NCBI GenBank assembly: GCA_002706025.1
Contig: PAJK01000034.1
Span: 21,533-83,176, forward strand
DNA from: Oceanospirillaceae bacterium
GTDB taxonomy: Bacteria > Pseudomonadota > Gammaproteobacteria > Pseudomonadales > Oceanobacteraceae
DNA: 61,644 nt
Direction: 5' to 3'
How positions within the stretch are numbered: position 1 is the first letter of the stretch; every line of letters begins with the position of its first letter. The notes under the pieces were generated by a model, which searched no databases, was not told the DNA's origin, and was given only the letters and a program-made list of their open reading frames with translations. Below, piece after piece: positions 9,361 through 18,114 of this stretch. The translations under genes were made by a program, and so were the position numbers.

Positions 9361-9486
9361 GCCAGGCTAAAAATAGCGTATCAGCTCATCTGCGCGGGCG
9401 GCATCCGTGCCGCAGCGTTACATTATTTCCCGGACATTGTTTCTGGAGCGTTGTTTCTGGACAGGTTTCTGCCGTCGGGTGTCCTG

Positions 9487-10245
9487 TTATTTATTCATAC
9501 GATTACGGTACATAGGATCATTGGCCAGACCAAAGCCCATAGGGTCCAGCGACTTCAGACCGCGGGCCAGAGCCTGCGCGTATTCGCCAGAACGGGAACC
9601 AGTAAAACATACGTACAGACCGTGCATTTTTAATCCGGCCGGATCAAACTTCACCTTGCCTTTATATTCGTTCAGGGTTTTATCGTTGCTGACCAGATAA
9701 TTCATGACGCGTTTATCGACGACAGCAAGATCAACCCGCCCATCCAGCAGCTGATGGATATTCTCAACGTCATTACCGGATTTAACTACGGGGATACGTC
9801 CGTCAGACACGGCACTGTCAAAATTTTCTTCATTAGCATAACCACTGACCACGCCAACAACATGCTCCGCCAACGCTTCTAAACTGGTGTGATATTCCTC
9901 ACCATTACGTTTGGCAAAGCCCACCAGACTGGTACCGATTTCATCGGAAAATACGCACTTTTTAGCACGTTCTTCCGAATAATAGGCGGGGAAATAACCG
10001 GCAACTTCTTCGGTATTTTCGGCGCGGGCAACCGCTGTACTCCAGGGCTCGACCTCGACGTTAAGCTCATAACCAACGCGGGCGAATGCCTGTTTAACAA
10101 TCAAGCTGGTCATACCACCACCGGTAATAGCAGGAGAAGAAAAAGGAGGCCAATCAAGGGAGGTTAAGGTGATTTGTTCTGTTGCAGATACTGGCTGCAC
10201 TGCCGCAAAAACTGATGACAAGACTATAAACATTATTTTTTTCAT
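9487..10245 (-). CDS. Orphan periplasmic solute-binding protein (family 3-like)
   Basis: Signal peptide; DWPPF, PW, GVVSGY and GRVDLAVVD motifs. Confidence 0.85.
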   Translation of the reverse strand: MKKIMFIVLSSVFAAVQPVSATEQITLTSLDWPPFSSPAITGGGMTSLIVKQAFARVGYELNVEVEPWSTAVARAENTEEVAGYFPAYYSEERAKKCVFSDEIGTSLVGFAKRNGEEYHTSLEALAEHVVGVVSGYANEENFDSAVSDGRIPVVKSGNDVENIHQLLDGRVDLAVVDKRVMNYLVSNDKTLNEYKGKVKFDPAGLKMHGLYVCFTGSRSGEYAQALARGLKSLDPMGFGLANDPMYRNRMNK

Positions 10246-10468
10246 AGTAATTCCCCGTGATCAATTTGGATGGGGAAATCATACGGACTTTCATTCTGTA
10301 CATTATTCCACCAGCGACACAGGACGAATTATTTGAGTCGTTTTTAAACAAAATAACAAAGTCATTATTCAATCTGAACAATACTGTGTGGACTTTAGTG
10401 TTATTTCTGCTAACCAGTCCGCTCCACTGATCAAGATTAAATACACTGTTGAAACAATAGCGCTGCTG

Positions 10469-10478
10469 CCCCCCCCCC
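10469..10478. repeat. Homopolymer C10
   Basis: ctgctg-CCCCCCCCCC-ttgtt in a divergent intergenic region. Confidence 0.9.
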
Positions 10479-10705
10479 TTGTTACTGCTTTCATCACGTT
10501 CACAAATACCACGACCAGTGAGTCACCTGGCAACTGCTGTTTATGTTGTGTCCAAAACAGTCCTGTTTCTGCACGTCAGCCGTCGTGATAAAGCTCAGGT
10601 ATTTATCCACGACAGGGACAATCCGCACTAAAAACACAGTATTAATAGCAATGACCAGTGTTACACTGCTATCTGATTATTTTATGACCTGCCAGGACGA
10701 TTCAG

Positions 10706-11185
10706 ATGGAAGACATTATTATCAGCGACCTTTCGCAACCGGAACACGGCCAGGCCGTACTGGATCTGCTGACCGAATACGCTCACGGCGATACCGGCGG
10801 TGGTGAAGGCCTGCCGGAATACAGTCAGCAGAACCTGATTGCAGAACTGCAGTCGCGCAGCAATCTGCATGTCATTCTGGCGTTTGTGAATGATTATCCG
10901 GCAGCCTTGCTGATCGCCATCGACAGCTTTTCAACCTTCACCTGCAAACCCATCCTGAACATTCATGATGTCATCGTCAGTGCCGGCTTCCGGGGTCAGG
11001 GTCTGGCCAAACGTATCTTGGCCAAAGCAGAGGAGCTGGCACTGATCAAAGGCTGTGGCAAGCTCACACTGGAAGTGCTGGAAGGCAACACCACAGCGCA
11101 GAAAGTCTACACAGACATGGGCTTCGCCAACTACCAGCTGGACCCGGAAATGGGCCGCGCCATGTTCTGGCAGAAGGTCTTGTAA
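10706..11185 (+). CDS. GNAT family N-acetyltransferase
   Basis: LNIHDVIVSAGFRGQGLA (motif A) and LEVLEGNTTAQKVY. Confidence 0.92.
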   Translation: MEDIIISDLSQPEHGQAVLDLLTEYAHGDTGGGEGLPEYSQQNLIAELQSRSNLHVILAFVNDYPAALLIAIDSFSTFTCKPILNIHDVIVSAGFRGQGLAKRILAKAEELALIKGCGKLTLEVLEGNTTAQKVYTDMGFANYQLDPEMGRAMFWQKVL

Positions 11186-11306
11186 TAAACCTGTGGTGCA
11201 GCCACCGAAAGGCGGCTGTCTGCCGGACGCCATGACAGGCTTCAGCCTGATCATCAGCTGAATCCCAGAACGCCTCGCTCCGATATGGTACGCCAGCACC
11301 GTTCAC

Positions 11307-11354
11307 TGAAAGCCCCACTCATTGAAAGCGCCATTCAATGAAAGCGCGCTTGTC
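11307..11354. repeat. Three 16-bp-period direct repeats beginning TGAAAGC
   Basis: TGAAAGC at 11307, 11323 and 11339. Confidence 0.75.
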
Positions 11355-11586
11355 TGATCGTCATACAAAAGAGGTATTTCTTTCAGTGGCTCCGCCATTC
11401 CACCTTGATCTTGTATCAAAACAGGCCACGCCGCCCTATACTCTGCGCCACAACTACGTACGGTAAACTACTGACTCCTCAGAAGCAGAGTTAATCCGGG
11501 TCAAACCTCAATGACCTGTAGATATAACCGGCCGCAAACACCGGTTAAAACACACCCATTTAGAACAACCCGCTAAGGAGCTTGCT

Positions 11587-12345
11587 ATGAAGCTGCAGAA
11601 TAAAGTGATCGCTATTACCGGATCAGGCCAGGGCCTGGGTCGTGCTATGGCCGTGCATCTGGCGAAAGAAGGCGCCCAGATCGCTGTCATCGACCTGAAT
11701 CAGGAACATATGGACGAAACCAAAGCTCAGGTAGAAGCAGCAGGCAGTAAGGCAGCTACTTTTGTCTGCAACGTAGCGGATGAAGCTCAGGTAGAACAGA
11801 CGTTTCAGGCAGTCAGCGCGCAAATGGGCGGTCTGCACGGCCTGATCAACAACGCCGGTATTCTGCGTGACGGTCTGATGATCAAAGCCAAAGACGGTGA
11901 AGTGAAAAAAATGTCACTGGCACAGTGGCAGGCCGTCATCGATGTGAACCTGACCGGTGTATTCCTGTGTGGTCGTGAAGCGGCTGAACAGATGATAAAA
12001 ACCAATGAAGGTGGCTGCATCATTAACATTTCCAGCATCGCCCGTGCCGGTAACTTCGGTCAGACCAACTATTCTGCCGCCAAAGCCGGTGTAGCAGCGA
12101 TGGCGGTGACCTGGGCAAAGGAACTGGCACGCTATAATATCCGTGCCAACGCTATTGCTCCGGGCTTTATCGCAACCGAAATGACTGCCAGCATGAAACC
12201 GGAAGCACTGGAGAAAATCTGTGCCGGTATTCCGGCTGGCCGCATGGGCAGCCCGGATGAAATCGGTGATGCGGCAGTCTTCCTGCTGGCCAACGACTAT
12301 ATGTCCGGCCGCATCATTGAAGTCGACGGTGGTCTGCGCCTGTAA
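11587..12345 (+). CDS. SDR family oxidoreductase (FabG-like)
   Basis: TGSGQGLG, NNAGILRD, YSAAK and NAIAPG motifs. Confidence 0.93.
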   Translation: MKLQNKVIAITGSGQGLGRAMAVHLAKEGAQIAVIDLNQEHMDETKAQVEAAGSKAATFVCNVADEAQVEQTFQAVSAQMGGLHGLINNAGILRDGLMIKAKDGEVKKMSLAQWQAVIDVNLTGVFLCGREAAEQMIKTNEGGCIINISSIARAGNFGQTNYSAAKAGVAAMAVTWAKELARYNIRANAIAPGFIATEMTASMKPEALEKICAGIPAGRMGSPDEIGDAAVFLLANDYMSGRIIEVDGGLRL

Positions 12346-12383
12346 TCGTCAGGTCTGATGCATCCGTCATTCAGGAACAGACA

Positions 12384-12719
12384 ATGACTGACTCAACGAA
12401 TGCTCAGACCGATGCCCGCCAGCGTCTGTACACGGCACTGGCGGGCATTCCCGCTGGCTATGTCATTACCTACGGTCAGCTGGCAGCCCTCGCCGGATTC
12501 AGCCGTCGCGCCCGCTGGGCAGGCCAGGTACTGAAGCAACTTCCCCAGGACAGCCGCCTGCCATGGCACAGGGTCATTAACGCTCAGGGCAAAATCAGCC
12601 TGCCGGGCGACGCCGGTGAAAAGCAGCGTGCCTTGCTGGAAAGCGAGGGAGTGACCGTCAGCGATAGCCTGCGCATCGATCTGAGTTTATTCAGCTGGCA
12701 GAAAGCAGATACTGAATAA
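12384..12719 (+). CDS. Alkyltransferase-like protein (ATL/YbaZ, MGMT family)
   Basis: ITYGQLA; PWHRV with Trp in place of the catalytic Cys of PCHRV. Confidence 0.9.
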   Translation: MTDSTNAQTDARQRLYTALAGIPAGYVITYGQLAALAGFSRRARWAGQVLKQLPQDSRLPWHRVINAQGKISLPGDAGEKQRALLESEGVTVSDSLRIDLSLFSWQKADTE

Positions 12720-13032
12720 ACAGCTCATTTCCCGCCATGGCCGAATAAAACCCCCTTATTTACGCCAACCTGACTTCTGCTGTCCCTGCCTTCTTCATCG
12801 TTACAACGCTACTAAGAAGTTAGCTCACCTACCGTTCTGAACCAGAAAATTCAGACTGCAATAGCCTGAGCCAAAGAGAACTCATGCTCACGGCCGCAGT
12901 TAATACTGCAACTGTATGCCGGATAAGCACCGTGATTCATACAGATAATGACAGCACGGAACCTGTTTTCATCGGGCGTTCTCGCCGACAGTGGCAGCCA
13001 TAATAAAAAAGACTCCGCAGGGAGGACATAAA

Positions 13033-14556
13033 ATGGCAAACGAATATTTTGATGTAATCATTATTGGCGCGGGCTTATCCGGCATCGGGGCAGCCTGTCA
13101 CCTGAGCAAAGAATGCCCGGAGAAATCCTTCGCAATATTTGAAGGGCGCGATGCCATCGGCGGCACCTGGGATATTTTCCGCTATCCAGGCATACGCTCT
13201 GATTCTGACATGTTTACCCTGGGTTACGAATTCAAGCCGTGGACCAACCGCAAAGGCATTGCCGACGGTGCCGATATCCGTGATTACATCCGCGAAGCAG
13301 CCAATGAACACAGCATTACACCGCACATCCGCTTCGGCCATAAAATACTGTCTGCCGAGTGGCAAAGTGATCTGGCCGTATGGCAAATCACGGCCCAGCT
13401 GAATGACGGTGAAACCCGTTTATTCAGCTGCAATTATCTGATCAGCTGTACTGGCTATTACAGTTACGAGGAAGGATTTACACCGGAATTTAAAGGCCGT
13501 GAGCAATTCTCCGGCGAAATCATTCACCCGCAATTCTGGCCAGAAAACTACGACTATTCCGGTAAAAAAATCGTTGTCATCGGCAGCGGCGCAACCGCCG
13601 TAACCCTGGTACCGGCGCTGTGCGATAAAGCCCAACAGGTAACCATGTTACAGCGTTCACCCAGCTATGTGGTCAGCGTACCGCAGCAGGATCCGATGGT
13701 TTCCGCGTTGCGCAAAATTCTGCCACAGACATGGGCTTATCGCATTATCCGCGGCCGCAATATATCCATCACGCTGGCACTCTATAATTTCTGCAAAAAG
13801 TTTCCCCGTGCCGCACGCGGATTACTTCAGTTTGCAGTCAAAAGCCGTTTACCGAAAGACTTTGATATGAAGCATTTCACACCGAAGTACGCGCCATGGG
13901 ATGAGCGCCTGTGTGCAGTTCCTGAAGGCGATATGTTCAGGGCGATGAGCTCCGGGAAAGCACAGGTGGTAACCGACCATATTGATCATTTCACAGCGGA
14001 TGGCATCCGCCTTAAAAGCGGTAAGACGCTTGCTGCCGATGTGATTATTACCGCCACCGGCCTCAAAGTGCAGATGTTTGGTAATATGACGGTTAAAGTG
14101 GATGGTGACGTATTCGTACCGAATCAGAGTATGAGCTATCGCGGTGTGATGTTTGAAAATCTGCCCAATCTGGCCATGGTATTTGGCTACACCAATTCGT
14201 CATGGACGTTAAAAGCGGATCTGATTTCACGCTGGGTTTGCCGCCTGTTAAAAGCCATGGATAAAAAAGGTGCGCGCCAGGTAACGCCGCGTTGCAATTC
14301 CGCCGAAATGGAGCGTCTGCCATTTATCAATATGCAATCCGGCTATATCGCCCGGGTGAAGGATCAGATACCGAAACAAGGCAGTGAACGGCCGTGGAAA
14401 CTGTATCAGAACTATTTCGCCGATATGGCCCAGCTGCGTCTGGCGAGTATGAATGATCCGGCACTGGAATATCGATCGCCAAATCAGCATGGGTATAAAA
14501 ACCCGGCAGGCTCAGACAGCAGAGAAGAATCTTCGGCAGTAATGCCGAACTCCTGA
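13033..14556 (+). CDS. Flavin-containing monooxygenase, AlmA/EthA-type BVMO subfamily
   Basis: GAGLSG, GGTWDIFRYPGIRSDSDM, FSGEIIHPQFWP fingerprint, GSGATA; GGAGG RBS before ATG 13033. Confidence 0.88.
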   Translation: MANEYFDVIIIGAGLSGIGAACHLSKECPEKSFAIFEGRDAIGGTWDIFRYPGIRSDSDMFTLGYEFKPWTNRKGIADGADIRDYIREAANEHSITPHIRFGHKILSAEWQSDLAVWQITAQLNDGETRLFSCNYLISCTGYYSYEEGFTPEFKGREQFSGEIIHPQFWPENYDYSGKKIVVIGSGATAVTLVPALCDKAQQVTMLQRSPSYVVSVPQQDPMVSALRKILPQTWAYRIIRGRNISITLALYNFCKKFPRAARGLLQFAVKSRLPKDFDMKHFTPKYAPWDERLCAVPEGDMFRAMSSGKAQVVTDHIDHFTADGIRLKSGKTLAADVIITATGLKVQMFGNMTVKVDGDVFVPNQSMSYRGVMFENLPNLAMVFGYTNSSWTLKADLISRWVCRLLKAMDKKGARQVTPRCNSAEMERLPFINMQSGYIARVKDQIPKQGSERPWKLYQNYFADMAQLRLASMNDPALEYRSPNQHGYKNPAGSDSREESSAVMPNS

Positions 14557-14591
14557 TCCTTAAATCTACTGTCGACCGGACAAATTCAGAC

Positions 14592-14624
14592 AATAAAAAT
14601 GCCGGCTTAGCCGGCATTTTTATT
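14592..14624. terminator. Bidirectional intrinsic terminator
   Basis: AATAAAAATGCCGGC-TTA-GCCGGCATTTTTATT between convergent genes. Confidence 0.9.
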
Positions 14625-14647
14625 CTTCTTTTTTAATCAGGATAAAC

Positions 14648-17086
14648 TCAGAGCTTACCTTCCGGATAAGGGTGAGCAATCACGTCATACGGATCACCAT
14701 CACCACAGATCGCCGCCCACTCCTGCGAACTCAGCCATTCCAGCGGATCACGGCCACTCAGTTTGGCAAGCGCTGCCAGAGCATCGGCCCAGGTACAGCG
14801 ATTGGCGAATAACAGCGCTTCAGTATTCAGTGTACCGCCCTGATTGATATAACCCAGAGCAACCGTATGCGCAGGCCCTAAATCCAGCATACGTGCGTGA
14901 GCCAATAAAATTTCCGGACGGGTGTGAGTCATAAAAACACGCTGCTGAACCCGTGCCGGGAACAAGGCGTCCAGCACGGATGGATCCGCCTGAATATCAG
15001 ATTCATAACCATCGCGCGGAACCCTGAAACGGCCTGGTTCGAGCAGGTAAATCAGCGAGTGTGAAACGCCCTTCTGCTTCAAACGGTCTGACGCCTTTAA
15101 AGCCTGCTGTAACTGGAACGCCCCGCAGGCCACCAGCTGCAGATCTGCTGCGCAATTACCGCGTACACAAATAGCGCCGTCCTGCACCAGAGTCACTGCC
15201 TGGGCACCGCTAAAAAAGGTTGGTAAGACCGATTTCGGTACAACCATATTCCAGATCACACCGAGATCGCCGTAACAGGTTTTTAAACAGGCCATAGCCG
15301 TATTGCCATCTGCCGGGAAGACCACGCGCGACATATCTGACATCTCGCCCAGCATAGCTTCCGCCAGACTCGGGTCCTGATGGCTTTGCTCATTCTTTCC
15401 GTTTTCCCAGACATGGGAGGTCGAGATAACCGGCACACCCAACCATGGAGCAGGATCGTCAGCTTCTTTCTGATGGCGGGCAAAAATAATACTCTGCCGT
15501 AACGCTCCGAGCATTTTTGTGGCAAAGGCTTCATAAGAAACCACCAGATTTAAACCGCTCTGATTTGCCAGACAGGCACTGACCACGGCTTCTTCATTCA
15601 GCGCAGTAACTACTGCGCCATCAACCGCCTCAGCCACACCCTCTTCCGGATCAGTAACACGGTGTTTCAGCTGATCCAACGTCTGGTTCATGCGGTTGGA
15701 GCGCAGTTCATCCGGATTACCCACCCGGACTCTTAGATGAGGATTTACTTCGACAAGATCAATAAAATAATTATCAATCGCTGCCATCGGTGCGATCGGA
15801 TCTTTTTGCCAGTGCGGGTCATGGCGGTTAATGGTGACAGCAACCGGTGGCAGCGGCGCTTTCGGCTGCTTAAGCTCATTAACAGCTGAACGCCAGACAC
15901 TTTCCTCCTGCCACAGTGCTTTTGCACCGCGGACAAAATAGGCAAGCGCCTCAGAATCACGGCGCGGATTACTGCCCAAAGGTAAACCATGAGCGGCGTT
16001 CGTACCGGCTCCGGGGAAACCATAACCCTTAACTGTTTCAGCGATGCAGTAAGGCATTGGCACCGGATAACTGGCCATACCGCTGGCCACGGTTTCCGCC
16101 GCATTACTCAGGTGCTGTTCCATAAAATAAATGGCGCAAACAAAAGCTGCCGGGTCGCGCCCGTCAATAACAAAGGGCGCAAAACCCTGATTGCTCAGAT
16201 GCTCCATAAACCATTCACTGCCGCCCTGCTGAGCAACTGTTGTGCGCTGATCAATGCGACGGCCATTGGCAATCATCACCGGACTGACCAGACCACAGTC
16301 TTCAGCCCGCCACCAGCGTGCCGCCCAATCGCTGCCACGCTGCTCTTCAAATGCACCGTCACTTAAGAAAGCGACCAGTCGTTGTCCCGGTAATGGCTGG
16401 TGCACATACTGCAGCCCGGCAAAGCCCAGATAGCCACCTTCAAGACGCGCACCAGCGGTATTAACATTCACATGACTGCCTAGTGGCGACAGAGGCTTAC
16501 CATCCGGGCGTACGCGGTAATTATAAAAATCCTGCACGAAGCGACTGAGTCCTTCGTCGCTCAGCCCATATTCTTTTTTACGCTCTGGCAGCGCAGTACC
16601 TGTCAGCAATTGCAGGGCATCAATAGCAGCCACACAATGCCCCTGTCCCATCAGCCAGTCACGATGTTGGCCTGTAAGCGTATTGACCGCCATTAATGCC
16701 GCATAAGCCGGCACCATATTCAGTGATCCACCGGTATGCCCTTGTGGATCGCGTTTGAAATCCTCCGCGACCAGATCGCGGCCATCCAGGAATACGTGTT
16801 TGGTGTAGGTCATATGGACCACCAGCCACATCGCCTGGTTAGTAAGCTGATCCAGCGCCGTCAGCGTACGGTAACAGTCTGCCTTGCTTTGAATGAGACC
16901 ACCTTCCTCGAGGGCGGTAGCCAGTTCAAACACCTGCAATTGTGTAGCTGCAGTATGTTTAACCACCCCACACCCTTCCGCCCAGGCAGCAAATTCCTCG
17001 TCGTATTCCCGGTGTTGCCGGGCTTCCGCTTCGATTTCTTTCTGTTGATACTGCTGGCTGAGTTTCTGGTAAAGATTAAGACTCAT
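14648..17086 (-). CDS. Divergent ThDP-dependent phosphoketolase (XFP)-family protein
   Basis: GHTGG, GQGHC, EGGYLG, SDGAFEE...NGRRI, NPDELRSNRM, SYEAF and HVWENGKNEQSHQDP align with canonical GHWGT, GPGHG, EGGELG, GDGEAE..NG, GPDE..SNR, YEAF and HVWRQDHNGFSHQDP. Confidence 0.8.
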   Translation of the reverse strand: MSLNLYQKLSQQYQQKEIEAEARQHREYDEEFAAWAEGCGVVKHTAATQLQVFELATALEEGGLIQSKADCYRTLTALDQLTNQAMWLVVHMTYTKHVFLDGRDLVAEDFKRDPQGHTGGSLNMVPAYAALMAVNTLTGQHRDWLMGQGHCVAAIDALQLLTGTALPERKKEYGLSDEGLSRFVQDFYNYRVRPDGKPLSPLGSHVNVNTAGARLEGGYLGFAGLQYVHQPLPGQRLVAFLSDGAFEEQRGSDWAARWWRAEDCGLVSPVMIANGRRIDQRTTVAQQGGSEWFMEHLSNQGFAPFVIDGRDPAAFVCAIYFMEQHLSNAAETVASGMASYPVPMPYCIAETVKGYGFPGAGTNAAHGLPLGSNPRRDSEALAYFVRGAKALWQEESVWRSAVNELKQPKAPLPPVAVTINRHDPHWQKDPIAPMAAIDNYFIDLVEVNPHLRVRVGNPDELRSNRMNQTLDQLKHRVTDPEEGVAEAVDGAVVTALNEEAVVSACLANQSGLNLVVSYEAFATKMLGALRQSIIFARHQKEADDPAPWLGVPVISTSHVWENGKNEQSHQDPSLAEAMLGEMSDMSRVVFPADGNTAMACLKTCYGDLGVIWNMVVPKSVLPTFFSGAQAVTLVQDGAICVRGNCAADLQLVACGAFQLQQALKASDRLKQKGVSHSLIYLLEPGRFRVPRDGYESDIQADPSVLDALFPARVQQRVFMTHTRPEILLAHARMLDLGPAHTVALGYINQGGTLNTEALLFANRCTWADALAALAKLSGRDPLEWLSSQEWAAICGDGDPYDVIAHPYPEGKL

Positions 17087-17133
17087 CAGTTTTCTCCATG
17101 CTGGGCCCGTAAGGCCATCTTTGCTGTTCGCCT

Positions 17134-18114
17134 TCAGGCCAGCGGTTTTTGCAACATGCTCAGTAATTCATTACAAAGCAGCGGTGTAATATCAATTGCG
17201 TTGCTGGTGTGCGGAATGCAATTGCAGGTCACTATGCCTGCAACCGGGCCGGCCAACATTTCTTCTTCGGCACCGGGATTGCCATTTTCTCCCTGCGAAA
17301 AAACCGCATGCACACCAATACACAGAGGTGGATTCAACCCCTGCGCCACCAGTTCTTCCGCGGTACGCAACATGGTGCGCCCGGTAGAAATAATGTCATC
17401 CACCAGCACCGGCTGATGTTCAGAATATTTCTGCACATCCGGGATATGGATCACCACATCACGGTCGCCGGAACGTGTTTTACGCAGCACCAGAAATTCG
17501 CATCCGGCCACGCCGGCTACTTCACTGGCCCATTGTTCACTTTCTTCATCCGGCCCGACGACCAATGGGTTTCTGACCTGATTTTTCAGATAGTCACCGA
17601 TTAAATCGGTCGCATGCAAAGCCACCGCAGGAATACGGTAAATCTCACTGAGGGATTTATAGCGGTGCAGATGCGGATCGACGGTAATTAAATAATCGAA
17701 ACTCTGGTTAATCAGTTCGGCAAAATATTTCGATGTCAGACATTCGCCCGGCTGAAAGCGGATATCCTGACGCATATAGGCCAGATACGGTGCCACCAGT
17801 CCAACGCGGGCCACGCCCATATCGCGCAGATGATGGGCCATAAACCACAAAGCCAGCGTTTTATCGCTGGGCTGATGCAGATGGCAGACCACAATCACAT
17901 CGGCACCGGCCATATCCTGCGGCAGGTTAAAATACAGCTCACCATCGGGAAAATGGCGGCTCTCCAGTGCCAGTACCTGACACTCTCGTCCGGCATTTGT
18001 CAGCTGCATTGCCAGCGACCGTGCCAGCGACTCATGGCCATCAAGAGACAGAATACAGGTGCGCTTTACTGATGATTCAGCAGCCGCCTGAGCGCTTATA
18101 TTTCCGTTCGTCAT
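17134..18114 (-). CDS. Ribose-phosphate pyrophosphokinase (PRPP synthetase)-like protein
   Basis: FPDGE, PYLAYMRQD, VDPHLH, GPDEES and VDDIISTGRT motifs; ATGA overlap with the upstream gene. Confidence 0.9.
   Translation of the reverse strand: MTNGNISAQAAAESSVKRTCILSLDGHESLARSLAMQLTNAGRECQVLALESRHFPDGELYFNLPQDMAGADVIVVCHLHQPSDKTLALWFMAHHLRDMGVARVGLVAPYLAYMRQDIRFQPGECLTSKYFAELINQSFDYLITVDPHLHRYKSLSEIYRIPAVALHATDLIGDYLKNQVRNPLVVGPDEESEQWASEVAGVAGCEFLVLRKTRSGDRDVVIHIPDVQKYSEHQPVLVDDIISTGRTMLRTAEELVAQGLNPPLCIGVHAVFSQGENGNPGAEEEMLAGPVAGIVTCNCIPHTSNAIDITPLLCNELLSMLQKPLA

Noticed and set aside
11405-11419. TTGAT-CTTGT-ATCAA as an FNR box
   Set aside because: The spacer is 5 nt, not 4; it may be another operator but cannot be called FNR
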